Shown piece after piece: positions 35,992 through 49,285 of a stretch of DNA of 64,000 nucleotides (the stretch's first letter is position 1; each line of letters starts with the position of its first letter). Under the pieces are notes generated by a model, which was not told where the DNA came from, ran no database searches, and saw only the letters and a program-made list of their open reading frames with translations. Origin of the DNA: Eledone cirrhosa (taxonomy: Eukaryota); assembly GCA_964016885.1 (NCBI GenBank), contig OZ024745.1:41664001-41728000 (forward strand), in the 5' to 3' direction. A program made the position numbers and the translations under genes.

Positions 35992-38620
35992 AAAATAGAA
36001 CGGGAACAAAACAGAGAGGCAGTACGAACAAAGGTTTATTAGTTTCACGCTCTTGAGAGTGGGGGGGGGGGCGTTTCGGGCATAAGCCCTTCTTCAGGCG
36101 AAAAGAGGGTGGGAAGAGAGTTCCGAGGGTGTGTAGGGGAGTGGAGGAGAGACATTTAGAAAAAAGGGGGGGGGGCGGTGGAAGGGTACAACAAAAAAAT
36201 AAATAAATAAAATAAAAATAAACATGAAGATAAACAAGTGGTGGAAGGGTGTGGGGCGTGTAGGGGTGGTGGCGGGTGGAGTGGGGAGAGGGAGGCGGGG
36301 TGTCCGAGCGGGGAGGGCTGAAGGTGGTGTATGTGTTTAGGTGTACGTGTGTGTGTGTGTATGTGAATGTGAGAGTTGGGGAAGAACGAGGTTCCATGTT
36401 CAGGAAAAGGTGTGTGTGGGGTGGGGTGTGGGTCAGTGTGTGTGTGTGCGCGTGTGGATGGGGAGGGGTCGGAGGGGTGAGGGAGGGGTAGAGGATTCCG
36501 GAGGTTGAGTGTATATATGTGGGGCTACGCACGTGTGTGTGGTGTTTTTACGCTTTGTGGATGTAGGTGGTGTGGTTCGAAAGAAATTTTTTTGAGTGTA
36601 TGTCCGTGGGTAAGTTCCTAAGGTAGTTCCGTCGAGGGTGTGAAGGATTGCCGGATATTTTCTATGTGATGGAGTAGATAGTGGGAACGATGGCAAATGG
36701 TGTGTAATCCGTGGTTGTGTTAGTCGGAAGAGAGGAGATGTGGGATGCGCGTGCAACAGGAAGTGGTCAGAGGGTCAAGGCAGGATGAGGGTAGAGGAGA
36801 ATGACAGGTGGAGAGGGCTGTGTGTCTGTGTGTGCATAGCAGCAGTAGAGGAGTATGGCAGGTGGAGAAAGTCAGAGTGTCAGTGTGTGCGGGGGTGCGG
36901 TGGACAGGGGAGAGGATGGGTAGGTGTGAAAGGTGGAGTGAGGAGGGGTAATGCGGGGGGATAGGGTGTGTATTAGTAGAGGTGTTAGTGGGATGTGTGT
37001 GTGTGTGTGTGAAAGGGTGTGGGTGGAGAGGGAGAAAAAAAGATGTGGGGGACGGTGGAGGGAGTGTAGTATACTGGTGTGTGTGCGTGTGTTTGGATGA
37101 GTGTGTGTGTGGTGAAGGGGGTGTTAGTGGGTGTTAGTATACTGGTGGTGGGGAAAGGGTTGAATGCGGGTGTGTTAGTAGGGGTCAGTGGTGGTAGGGT
37201 GTGTAGAGTGGGTGGTAGGGTGTGTAAAGTGGGTGTGGGTGGGTGTGGGTGTTTGTGTGCGTGGGTCGGAGGGATGTTAGTGGTATTAGTTGTGGGGTGG
37301 TGGGAGTGGATGTGTAGGTGAGGGTTAGTGGTGGTAGTAGGGTGTGTGGATAGTGTGAGTGCGTGTATATATGTACCGATGGGTGTGTGCGTGATAGGGG
37401 GAGGGGTGGGGATGTTTGTATTGTTAGTTGGGGGGGGGGGGGGGGTAGTATTGTTAGTTGTGGGGTGGGCCAAGGGGGTGGGCGGTGAAAAGAAGGAGTG
37501 TGTTAGTGGTGTTAGTGGGGGATATGTATGAGGGGGGGGGGGGCCCGTCCGCCAGGCGACGTCCAGTCTGTTCGACGTAGGTTGCGCTGCACTCCGTGCA
37601 GCGAAGCCCATAGATTAGGCTGGAGGAGGTGCAGCGGAAGGCGTGCCGGACAGAGAGAGAGTCACCGTTGGGACCCTGGAAGGTGGTGGTGTTTATGATG
37701 TGGGGGCAGGTGTTGCAACGAGGCCTGGAACAGGGAAGGGAACGGGGGGGGGAGAAGTGCGTGGGTTGGGGGTAGAGGGCTGCGGACGAGGAGGGTGCGG
37801 AGATTGCGTACGCGTTTGAAGGAGGGGAGTGGTGGGGATGGGAAGATATGGGAGGTGGAGGGATTGGACTGGAGGCGTCGGAAGAGGCGGAGGATGGTGC
37901 GGTAGAGGGGTAGGGTGGAGGGGTGGTAGATGATGGGGAAGAGGAGACGGTGGGTGGGTGTGCGGTGGCGTGGGGTGAGGGCGGTGGAGCGGTGGACGGC
38001 ACGAGCGCGAGTGAGGGCGGTGTGCACGAGGGAGGGAGGGGGGGGGGGGGGTAACCTCTGCGGATTAAATGGCTGACTAGGGAAAGGGCCTGGGACTCAA
38101 AATCAGCATCTCGGCTGCACAGGCGGCGGATCCGGAGGATTTGGGAGTAGGGAATAGAGTGTTTAATGTGTGTGGGGTGGGAGGTGGTGAAGTCGAGGTA
38201 GGAGTGGATGGAGGTGGGTTTGAAGAAGGTGGAGGTGACGAGGGAGTGGTGGGAGGGGTCGATGGCGACGGAGATGTCTAAGAAGTGGACGCGGGCGGTG
38301 ATAGAGGTGGTGAAGTGGAGGGAAGGGGTGGAAGGAGCAGAAGAAGGAGAGAAAGGAGTCGAGCTGTTCTCGGGTGAGGGTCGGGTCGTGGCTCCGATAC
38401 AGTCGTCGATGTAACGACCGTATAGTTCGGGCGTGAGGCCGGTGTACTGGGCAAAGATTTGGGCCTCAACATGGCCAACGAAAAGGTTGGCATAGTTTGG
38501 GCCCATTATTGTGCTCATAGCTACCCCCGTGACCTGTTGGTCGAGGAGGGGGTGGCAGGCGGAGTTAAGGCGGAGGAGGGTGGGGGTCAGTTGGTAGTCA
38601 AGTTTGCGGATGGTGGAGCA
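35988..38620 (-). mobile_element. Penelope-like retroelement (Neptune-type), 5'-truncated and frameshifted
   Basis: RT motifs GVAMS..MGPNYANLF, YGRYIDDC, FLDISV, KPT...YLDF.TSHP.H.K.SIPYSQ.LR.RRLCS; linker PCSRPRCNTC; GIY-YIG LIY.LRC..C...YVEQTGRRL; hammerhead remnant and AATAAA before (TA)n. Confidence 0.9.
36072..36101 (-). ncRNA. Hammerhead remnant of the Neptune-like element
   Basis: UCGC-CUGAAGA-A GGGC UUAU GCCC-GAAACG then poly-C; cleavage triplet and 3' stem I strand missing. Confidence 0.55.
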
Positions 38621-38788
38621 TTGTTTCTACTTTTGGCACAAGGCCAGCAATTACCCCAGTGCATTACTGGTACTTTATTTTATCAACCCCGTAAGGATGA
38701 AAGGCAAAGTTAACCTGCGCGGGATTTGAACTCAGTCTGTAAAGGGACGTAACTATGCTGCAAAGCATAGCGTCCGACCATCCACCGC

Positions 38789-38791
<3 letters not shown>
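38620..38791 (-). mobile_element. SINE family A
   Basis: Reverse complement of consensus. Confidence 0.9.
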
Positions 38792-38815
<24 letters not shown>

Positions 38816-38822
<7 letters not shown>

Positions 38823-39400
38823 GATATTAATAAATGGAAACTATATTTATAAAACCATATTTATTTCATTATACATAAATTAGAAATTAGAAATTATAAG
38901 CTTTCACCGTATTTTAGACTAAAGAAATTTCTAGCCTGATAGTGGGGTTTATAACCCTCGGAGAAATGGAAAAAGATGAGTGTTGCCGTACATGTTGCCA
39001 TGTACGGCAACACTCATCTTTTTCCATTTCTCCGAGGGTTATAAACCCCACTATCAGGCTAGAAATTTCTTTAGTCTAAAATACGGTGAAAGCTTATAAT
39101 TTCTAATTTCTAATTTCAAACTCGCGCACCATTTCAAAAACATACTTACATGTTTACGTTTTAATTTGCTTGTTTTTCATTATACATATTTCAGGGAAAC
39201 CAAATTAAATTATGGTATGCCTTCATCATAATTTAATTTGGTATCCCTGAAATATGTATAATGAAATAAATATGATTTTATAAATATAGTTTCCATTTAT
39301 TAATATCGTATATCTACTCCAAATACTTGTCGAGTGCTTTATATCAGTTATAAAATATTTACTTGTTGTATCCCAACAATTTTAAATAGAACTTTTGCAT
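38816..39400. mobile_element. Multi-hairpin fold-back element between (TA)n tracts
   Basis: Perfect 118-bp arms 38877-38994 and 38999-39116, second hairpin about 39175-39266, outer inverted repeat about 38816-38876 and 39253-39313. Confidence 0.8.
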
Positions 39401-41924
39401 ATATCTATATATATATATATATATAGGTCGCTCTTGGGTGCTACTGGTAAATGTAACACAGTAAATCTATTTCATGGTCGGGTCGTCGGCGACTAAACCG
39501 GCAACCCCACCAGAGTTGATATTTGGATACTCAGCGGGATGAAATACAAGACCCAGCAAAGGGCGGAGTAACTCAGCAGAGTCAACGGCCATCCAAATAT
39601 ATATATATATTTTTTTTTATACGGAGAGGTGAAACTCCCAGTCATAAAAAGCTGAGGGCTGTCGTTGTATTTTCCGTGGGAAACATTTGCACCGAAGATA
39701 TGTGTCGTCAGTTCCCAAAAGTGTGGTTGGTCCTACACAACCCTTCTCCACTTACAACAAAACTTTGTGTGGGTAGTTCAACATCAGTTTACTTTCTCAC
39801 ATCAACTTTTTTTGGACACTCATACGTCGGATATCGACGGGAGAATCCATCACAATGAATAAAACTATGCATATACAAATATATAGTATTAAATAAAAAG
39901 GTAAAAGTGGAAGAGTATTAAGGAAAAATGGAGTGGGATCAGAACCCACTCACTCAATCACACACTACAACAAGGGGCGTTGGAGTTACCCTCTAATAAT
40001 TTTGAGGCAAGCCATCACACTTGCAGCATTGATGCAGTTGATAGCGAGGCTAAGTGATGGATTGTGACCAATATTTTGGGATCAATAGTTCAATTGGTGA
40101 TATTGACAGGATAAAAAAACATTTATCCTTTGAGTAAATTCTAACACAATTAATAATTGGTATTAACAGTTTTCACACATCACTGTTGTTGTTGAGCTTC
40201 AGCCACAGACTCCTAATACTTTTGCTAGCAGACCGCTCGAAACTACTCTGGATCAACGATCAGAAATTGTTTATTTTTTAGTGTTTATATTTATTTAAAA
40301 TCTTTCCATTATAATTTTATGTAAGAACCTTTGTTAAGATATATTCTAAATGTATGTATGTATGTATGGATCTGTAACGCCCTATAGAGTCATAGAAGTA
40401 TCGTAGTGAGATACGGTGCTTCTTGAGCATTTTGTTTAAGCTTGGCGGAGTCCATTCTCTCTCCAGGTCTGAACATAGCCGATTTCTTATAGAAAAGGAG
40501 AAACGGGGAAGTGATAAGGTAATAGAGTGGAAAAATCGACCTTATTACTGAATAGTTACTTCTTTTATCAACCTGGAAAGGATGAAAGGTAAAGTTGACT
40601 CCAGCGAGATTTGATCTAAGGACGCAGAGAATAACGAACAACGCAAAACATTCTAGTTGGTGTTCTAATGTATTTGCTCATCTTTATTCTTATATTCCAA
40701 ATATCAGCTTAATAATGAGAAAGTTAAATGTATTACTAAATCATTCTAAATTCTTGATTATTTGAAAACGATAAGTATTGCCTTTCAAATACGGCATCGA
40801 AAGGGTTAATCTAAGACAAGTAATAATTGATATTAAGTTTTCGCATAGTACTGTTCTTGTTGTTGTTGTTTAACCTCAGCCATAGGCTCTTAATCGAACA
40901 GACCTATAATCAAAACGCATTCTAGCCATAACGGTCACATCTTTTCTATCTTTCAAATATAAGTATATGCGTGTGTCGGCTGAAACGTTCTTAGGTTGAC
41001 TATGAAGAAGTGATGCTAGAGCTGTGAAATATTGTATGCATTAATTTCGACTCTTCTTATTAATAACTATATTATTTTCTTTCTAGGGACTATGTTGAAA
41101 AATAAACATCACTTGGTCATTCCATGAGAGTATCTTAGTCAGACTATGAAGTTTTCAACCCATGAACTTTTCAGCCGAATCTCTTAATATCACATTGTCT
41201 ATTGTTTCTTATTTTTAAGACAGCAGTGTATGTTTTGAGGGAGATTTGGCTGCTATTCCTAGTAGCGCATGCAAGCATGTAGAGGTTCTTTCGTCGAGAC
41301 CTTATATCCTTACAGGATATAAGATAAGTACAGGAATATACAGGTTTGAAGTTTTGTAGTTTCTTGATATCGTTCAGAAACAAAACTTATTCTAGTAGTT
41401 TGACAAATCTGTTGATTTCTTCCTCATAAACACTATCTGCCTGGGTCAGGGCCAATGTCCCGAACGTCCTCCATGTTAAATGACTTTTGCTGTAAAGGCA
41501 ACATAAGTTATTCTGTCGGAGCTGTAGTATTCAGCTTCGACTTTTTCTCTAACTCTACCAGCCAGAACTTTGTTGGAGTCTTCCTGTCTGGACGTTTCCC
41601 CCTCTCAGGGATTGACACTTTCATTGCTCGATAAATCCTTCTCATCAAGAAGTCCAGCGTATGTGTAACAAGACGGAACTACTTATCTCAATGATTCCCA
41701 CGAGAGAACTGAATTTGCTCTACATTTGAAACTTTTTGATATAACATAATTGCCAACTGTGTACCGGCTTAAATTTCGTCCACTTTCAAAATGTTTGTTT
41801 TGAAATTTTGTAAAAACATGCTAAAGATTTCATGAGACTGTTCTATCAAGATAGCATGAGATTACTTTGTATTGACGTAACAAGGTTTTTTCTCTTAATA
41901 TAAAATCCGAGATATTTTATAACT

Positions 41925-42480
41925 GCCAGTCGTGATACCGGCAACGAATGTGAATCCTGTTCGTGAAAATAATGATCAAAAAGGAAGTCAGTACGTGTAA
42001 TTGGCGGAGTTCGACTCTTACATTAAATTGTTTCAATATAGCTCCATTTACCCGAACACAAATACTCAGGCATTCATATAGAGACAACAAGAAGATGACC
42101 ATCGATCACATACTTCTGCAGAACCTTCTACAGCAGATACCGTGGAACGCCGTCATATGCCTTTTCAAGGTCTACAAAGTAGGAATTCACCTCTTGGCTG
42201 TACTTCCACGATTTCTCAAAGACCTGCCGCAGTGTGAATATTTGATCTGCTGTACTGCATCCAGGGTGAAAACCACACTGTTCATCAGCAAGTTTGAATT
42301 CAACAACCTGCCTATGTCTCTTTTCCAGACTCCTAGCATAGACATTACCGGGGAGGCTTAACAATAAAGATCCCTCTATAAGGGGAGCAATCTCTCTTGA
42401 CTCCCTTTTTGAATATTGTGATTATCATCATTTCTTAGATGCTTTTCCAGAGATTCAGGCCTCCCCGCACACATGAGTCA
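41925..42480 (-). mobile_element. RTE/Expander-like LINE RT fragment
   Basis: LSLPGNVYA...EQCGFHPG.STADQIFTLRQ..EK...FVDLEKAYD.VPR. Confidence 0.9.
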
Positions 42481-42529
42481 ACCAGAGAATAACTTCTATA
42501 TTTCATGATTTTAAAAGCTCAGGCCGAAT

Positions 42530-43380
42530 TTCATCCTCCCCTTTTCATTATTTTCATGAACAGGATTGACAGGCGCAGCCGAGTAGGAACTGGTATCACG
42601 ACTGGTAGGTGTAAGATCAGTCGACTAGAATTTGCAGACGGCATGGTATTGGCAGTATCGGTAGAGGGTCGGACGCCATGCTTTCCAGCATAGTTACGTC
42701 CCTTTACGATCTGAGTTCAAATCCCGCCCAGGTTAACTTTGCCATTCATCCTTACGGGGTCGATAAAATAAAGTACCAGTAATGTGCTGGGTAATTGCTG
42801 GCCTTGTGCCAAATGTAGAAACAATTATTCAACTCAATAGAAGGTGATTTCCGACTTGCATTCGATAGGTTTGATGCCGAGTGCTGCATGGCTGGAACGA
42901 CAATCAGTGCTGCGAAATCAGAGACACTCGTCCTCTCAGGGAAGTCTGCGCAGTGCACACTACATGCGAATGGAGGTCCACTGAAGCAGGTGGAGAAGTT
43001 CAAGTATCTCGGGGTTGTGTTCACGTGTAATGGAAGGCAAGAGGCTGAATTAAATGCAAGAATTGCAAGAGCTGGTGCAGTAATGCGCCAGCGTAAGCAT
43101 TCGATAATTAGAAGGCAGGTAGGTGTAAAAGCCAAACTTGCTATCTTCAATTCGGTATTCGTGCCAACCCTTACCTGTGGTCATGAATCATGGGTAATGA
43201 CCGAAATCATATGGTCGCGAATATAAGCGGCGGAAATGGAGTTCCCCCGAAAGGGCCTTACGAGTAACGTTACTCGATAGAGTGCCAGGGCTCGGAGATC
43301 AGGGAGTCGTTTCAGGTAGAGCCGCTACTTCTCCGAATTGATAGATCACAACTTCGATACTATCGGCATTTGGTAGAATG
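42530..43380 (+). mobile_element. RTE/Expander-like LINE RT/thumb fragment, interrupted by a SINE
   Basis: PLFIIFMNRI...LEFADGMVLA [SINE] ...KQVEKFKYLGV...VPTLTCGHESW. Confidence 0.9.
42649..42829 (+). mobile_element. SINE family A nested in an RTE LINE
   Basis: Consensus match. Confidence 0.92.
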
Positions 43381-43410
43381 AACCCTTCATTCTTGCTCTT
43401 ATGTTGGCAT

Positions 43411-43476
43411 GTGAACAGAACTGCAGACACTAATGTTTCTGGGTATCACCCTTCATCAGTACAGCTCACTGTTCAC
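43411..43476 (-). ncRNA. Type I hammerhead ribozyme (left arm copy)
   Basis: Exact reverse complement of 43676-43741. Confidence 0.85.
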
Positions 43477-43675
43477 CTGCCAAACTGACAAAGCTAGTGA
43501 AAATATATGCTATTTTCAAAAGTACACAGTGACTGATCGGCCTGATTTGCATATTAGCAGACTGGCTGATCAGTGGATCTGCTAATATGCAGATCTAATA
43601 TGCAGATCTGACTGATCAGTCACTGTGTATTTTTGAAAATAGCATATACTTTCACTAACTCTGACAGTTTGGCAG

Positions 43676-43741
43676 GTGAACAGTGAGCTGTACTGATGAA
43701 GGGTGATACCCAGAAACATTAGTGTCTGCAGTTCTGTTCAC
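43676..43741 (+). ncRNA. Type I hammerhead ribozyme (right arm copy)
   Basis: GUGAACA gu GAGCUGUA-CUGAUGA-A GGGU GAU ACCC A-GAA-ACAU UA GUGU-C-UGCAGUUC UGUUCAC; 15-bp bulged stem I, GUC triplet at 43724-43726. Confidence 0.87.
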
Positions 43742-43866
43742 ATGCCAGCATAAGAGCAAGAATGAAGGGTTCATTCTATTGACATGGCTATAAAATTGAG
43801 GTTTATTCGCATACTTGCAAACGAATCGAATGTTATTATTAATATTCGAAAAACTCAGATTACATT

Positions 43867-43916
<50 letters not shown>

Positions 43917-44255
43917 CACACACACACATATATATATATATATATTGTTTGTGTGTGTGTGAATAAAACATACATCCTTGTTTTTATGCCTATATATATC
44001 ATTGGTTGGCAGGCTTCTCTATACATACTTTTGCAATTCCCTTAAGACTACAAACAGCCGCTAGAGACACTTGGCATTCAACCTAATTATTCTAGCATTA
44101 AGAGTCTATTGCTAATACTTAAGCATTAATACCAAACATCGGATGACATGCCTGAATTTTAACATCTTGGAGCTATACTTACACATAATAAAACGCGTGC
44201 CTACACGCACACACACATAGACGGACACATTCACACACACGCACACACACACACA

Positions 44256-45238
<983 letters not shown>

Positions 45239-45445
45239 TCATATATATGATATACCAATGTAGTACTCGTCAAAAATGACGAGAATAATTTCTACCTGTT
45301 TTCTTTAGTTCTTAATTTTTTTTCATCAAGCATTGTCCATTTTCTTGTATTTTGATTTGTCTTCTTTTACTTGTTCTAATTCTTTGTACCTTCATTTGCT
45401 TCTTTCCTTATTCTTACTCACTCTCAATCATACATCATTATTTCT

Positions 45446-45634
45446 GGGGGTGGATTGGCAGTATTGGTAGAGTATCGGACGCCATGCTTTCCAGCATAGT
45501 TACGTCCCTTTACGGTCTGAGTTCAAATCCCGCCGAGGTTAACTTTGCATTTCATCCTTACGGGGTCGATAAAATAAAGTACCAGTAATGTACTGGGTAA
45601 TTGATGGCCTTGTGCCAAAAGTAGAAACAATTAT
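45446..45634 (+). mobile_element. SINE family A, full length with TSD
   Basis: TSD ATTATTTCTGGGG at 45437-45449 and 45630-45642. Confidence 0.95.
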
Positions 45635-46062
45635 TTCTGGGGTTGATGTCTATGTTTCTCGAATTATATTTATTGCTCTATATTTTGATATATTTTGATG
45701 TATTTATTATGTATTCTGTATATTAAGTGGATTTTTTTTAAAGCATTCAATTGAGATCGAACCTAAATCCTAAACCGACCCCAGACCACATATCTATTGA
45801 ATCCTAACTCACCTGCTGTGTGCGTGACTGTGCTATTGACTGTATTCCTTAGTAATTATGTATATAAAGGTATATCTTCTTTGAAAAATATTTGAATCCC
45901 CATTAGCATTTCGTTTATTTCAGATATTTCGTCAGCCACTTTAGTGTCCGGTAGTACATTACATCTTGTTTCGATGTTTGCCATGAGAATTAACCTCAAG
46001 AATATGATTAACGCCCGAGATATATTTTTGTTCATTTAAACAATATTAAACGTTATAACTGT

Positions 46063-46208
46063 AAATAATTGTTTCTACTTTTGGCACAAGGCCAGCAATT
46101 ATCCCAGTACATTACTGGTACTTTATTTTATCGACCCCGTAAGGATGAAAGGCAAAGTAAACCTCGGCGGGAATTGAACTCAGATCGTAAAGGGACGTAA
46201 CTATGCTG
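46063..46208 (-). mobile_element. SINE family A, 5'-truncated with TSD
   Basis: TATAACTGTAAATAAT repeated on both sides. Confidence 0.92.
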
Positions 46209-48683
46209 TAAATAATATAACTGTAAATAATAATTGCATCTTAGAAGAGATGCCTCCCACTCACTCACCTTCAGATAATGTAGTACTGACTATGTGGTGT
46301 TGGTGTCATCAGACGGTATCCAACGTTCACTGAGTGTTTCCACTCAGAAGCGTAACACCCTCTCATTGCTGACTCGGAAGTGGTGGCCAAATCACTGCCC
46401 ATCTCCTCTTCCTGGTTTCCAGCTTATCTCCGCTTTCCTGCTCCACAACCAGCAAGAGGTTATTTGTGTCGCCCCTTTCCTGCTAGCCTTTGTCTCTTCT
46501 CTTCCTGTCATTATAATGGCAGTGAGCACTCTCCACACCGACTGAACCTCAGCATGAAATAACCATGCCTGCCATCCTTTCTCACTTCACTCGTGTACAA
46601 TGTCTTAAATGCACAATTCTTCCCGTGGTGCTCTGAGTTCAATTAGGATTATATTCTTTACCATCTCAGACTACAGAACTTCTTCAGGTCTCAGACCTTT
46701 CTTTCAAACCTTTCTTCCAAGTCAATCGTCATAACCCATAATTCGGCCATTTGTTGTCAGCTACATGTCCTAACTGTAGTAGATGGCTTTTTTGAAAAAA
46801 TTCTACGTTCGTAATTGAAACATCCAATACTGATATTCAACATTTCATATTATATTTTTACAATATTTATAGCTGCACCAAATTTCGATCGATTTAATCA
46901 CTGGCTATGATCTGGTCTTTTATTCCTAAATATAACTTTATTTCTAAACAACTTTATTCTAAACTAGTATTTAGTATATCGGTGGGAGATGAATATTTTT
47001 ATTATGTAGGCTATCTTGACGCCTATTTAATTAACAATGGCAAAAATATCATCTATATTGTATATATAGTCTTAAAGGGAGGTTAATCAATCTTATTATT
47101 CCTGTAGAGTATTGCGACAGAATAATAGAATAAAGAAGAACGTCGAAGAAAAAAGAAAACTAAAGGAGCTGGTCGTTAGATTAATCCCAGTAAACAATGT
47201 CTATTTTTTTCCCCATTTCTGATACTATTTTCTGGTCGCAACTCCTTGTAGAAAGAAAAATGTGAAATATAGTCTGTTGATCAAGAACAAGGCATCAAGT
47301 ATAGAAATCGAACCCACGACCTTATAAGCGTAAGTTCAACACCATAACCACGGGCTTAATATTATAAAACTGTTTTCTTGTTTATATTGAATATGGATTA
47401 GAACGAAGATGTTAGGCAGTTATAGGATATACTTGCGACAATGTTTTTTGTCCTTCCGTTTGATTATCGATCTCTCGTTATACAAATTCTTGGGTGCAGC
47501 TATACACGTAGAAACAAAATATATTGCTGCAAACGGTTTATATTTGGGAAGAATCTGTATGCACGAGGGCTTTAATCAATTCAAACCAATGTTCTTCTCG
47601 TCTTCATTTTCCCTTAATATATTTAATTATCAAACGTTCGCTTTTTGCTGACCTATAATTCAAAATTACGTTTAAAAGGCCAAATATGGTATAGGCTTAC
47701 AGTACAACAGTTTACCATTTCTGTTTCTCAGTATTTAATCCAGGAATTCGCCATTACCATCATCAGTTTCGTCATCGTCAATCTCAAATTCGTCATCATC
47801 AATGTCAATTTAACCATCATCAATCTTGATTTCTTCGTCACCAACTTCAACTTCGACCTCGTCAACTTAAATGTTGTCGTTACTGTAGGACAGAACGGCT
47901 TTTATTATCATGAAGAGTGAGACATTGACATCGGTGATTACTTGTCGAAAATTGTAAAATAATGCAAACATTTAAACATTTTGGAAATGGTTACGTTTTA
48001 TATACAATCGTCTTCGATGTTTTACGTGGGAGGGCTGTCAGGTTAGTGGAAGATGCATCATATTAGTCACTTTGCTTAGCATTTCCATGCCTGTATTTGA
48101 TTGGCCTCTAAATTAGCTAGTAATAGTTCAATGTAAGGAAGGCATTGTTTCATATATATGTAGATTAAAGTTAATATTTATTAAAAAATAATTTTAGGAG
48201 AATTTATTATTTAAGATAATTTTCTTCAAACCCTCACACCTTTTCTTATCTTAGACATATTCTTATCATCCATCAGTAAATCTAATAGATATAGATGTGC
48301 CAGTCGCATACTGCATCCCTTAGATGCCGGGCAAGTGTGTTAACTAAAGAACCACTGGTCACCAATTTTGTCCGTTTAGAAGATTTTAAGCAAATAGCTA
48401 GAATTTTAAACAAAAGCGGTTACCTTAAAAAGCATATTTTTGCTCCCAACTGCTAAACGTATGTGGTTGGGTTGAGTGCGCACTTGCATTGGCTCCGATT
48501 ATTATTTAATTCGGTCAACAAGAGGCTGACTTTGTTTAACAAATACGATTGTTTCGGACTTTTTTTAAGGAATATATTAAGAGTTGACGAATCTAAACTG
48601 TAATAAAGTAAGGAGCGCGGGACTGCGTACGGTTTATAATTTTTTATCCCATTAGTAAAATAAGTTGGATTACTTTGAATAAA

Positions 48684-48758
48684 GAATTGTTTCTACTTTT
48701 GGCACAAGGCCAGCAATTATCCAGTGGTACTTTATTTTATCGACCCCATAAGGATGAA
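48684..48758 (-). mobile_element. SINE family A, 3' fragment
   Basis: Tail and core only. Confidence 0.85.
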
Positions 48759-49221
48759 GAATGAATATTACATAATTTATCTACTAAATTTCGTGGATGT
48801 TGATTAAATATATTTTGTTTATTTAAAGATTCACTTCTTTAAAATTTCTGAAATGTCAACACTTCCGGTTGGCCATCGCGTAAATAAACATACTAATTTT
48901 CTGTCACTAATTTTCCCCTAATGCAGTTTATATATAATATCGTCTTTTTTAATATATCATGGATTACGTTACTGATTAAATAAGACAGTGTAACGTAGTC
49001 TTCGTTCAATTTCTATGTATTATATATTGTCAATTACGATTTTATTTGATGTATCATATCTACATGTATATATATACATGAATATAATATCATATCTACA
49101 TGTATATATACCTGCATATAATATACACACTACACATGCTAGCAGAAAACCACCCGAAAGGTGGTTTTTCTGCTAGTGTGAATAATGAATAAAAAGTTAA
49201 ACTGATGTCATTTGTTTTTAC

Positions 49222-49285
49222 TTTTACTGTGTTATATGTAGTTTTACTGTGTTATATGTAGTTTTACTGTGTTATATGTAGTTTT
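49222..49285. repeat. 20-bp tandem repeat x3 (TTTTACTGTGTTATATGTAG)
   Basis: Direct reading. Confidence 0.9.

Larger units (their letters stand above)
43374..43870. mobile_element. Fold-back element with two inverted hammerheads and a tail ending in (TA)n
   Basis: Inverted arms about 43374-43538 and 43614-43778, inner hairpin in the spacer. Confidence 0.8.

Noticed and set aside
35786-37611. Long Pro/Thr/His-rich ORFs (248 and 208 aa)
   Set aside because: Stop-poor low-complexity 3' region of the Penelope-like element; no domain or splice support
39425-39600. HDV-like ribozyme in a GC-richer island resembling a LINE 5' end
   Set aside because: I could not build the nested double pseudoknot by eye; needs an RNArobo/Infernal search
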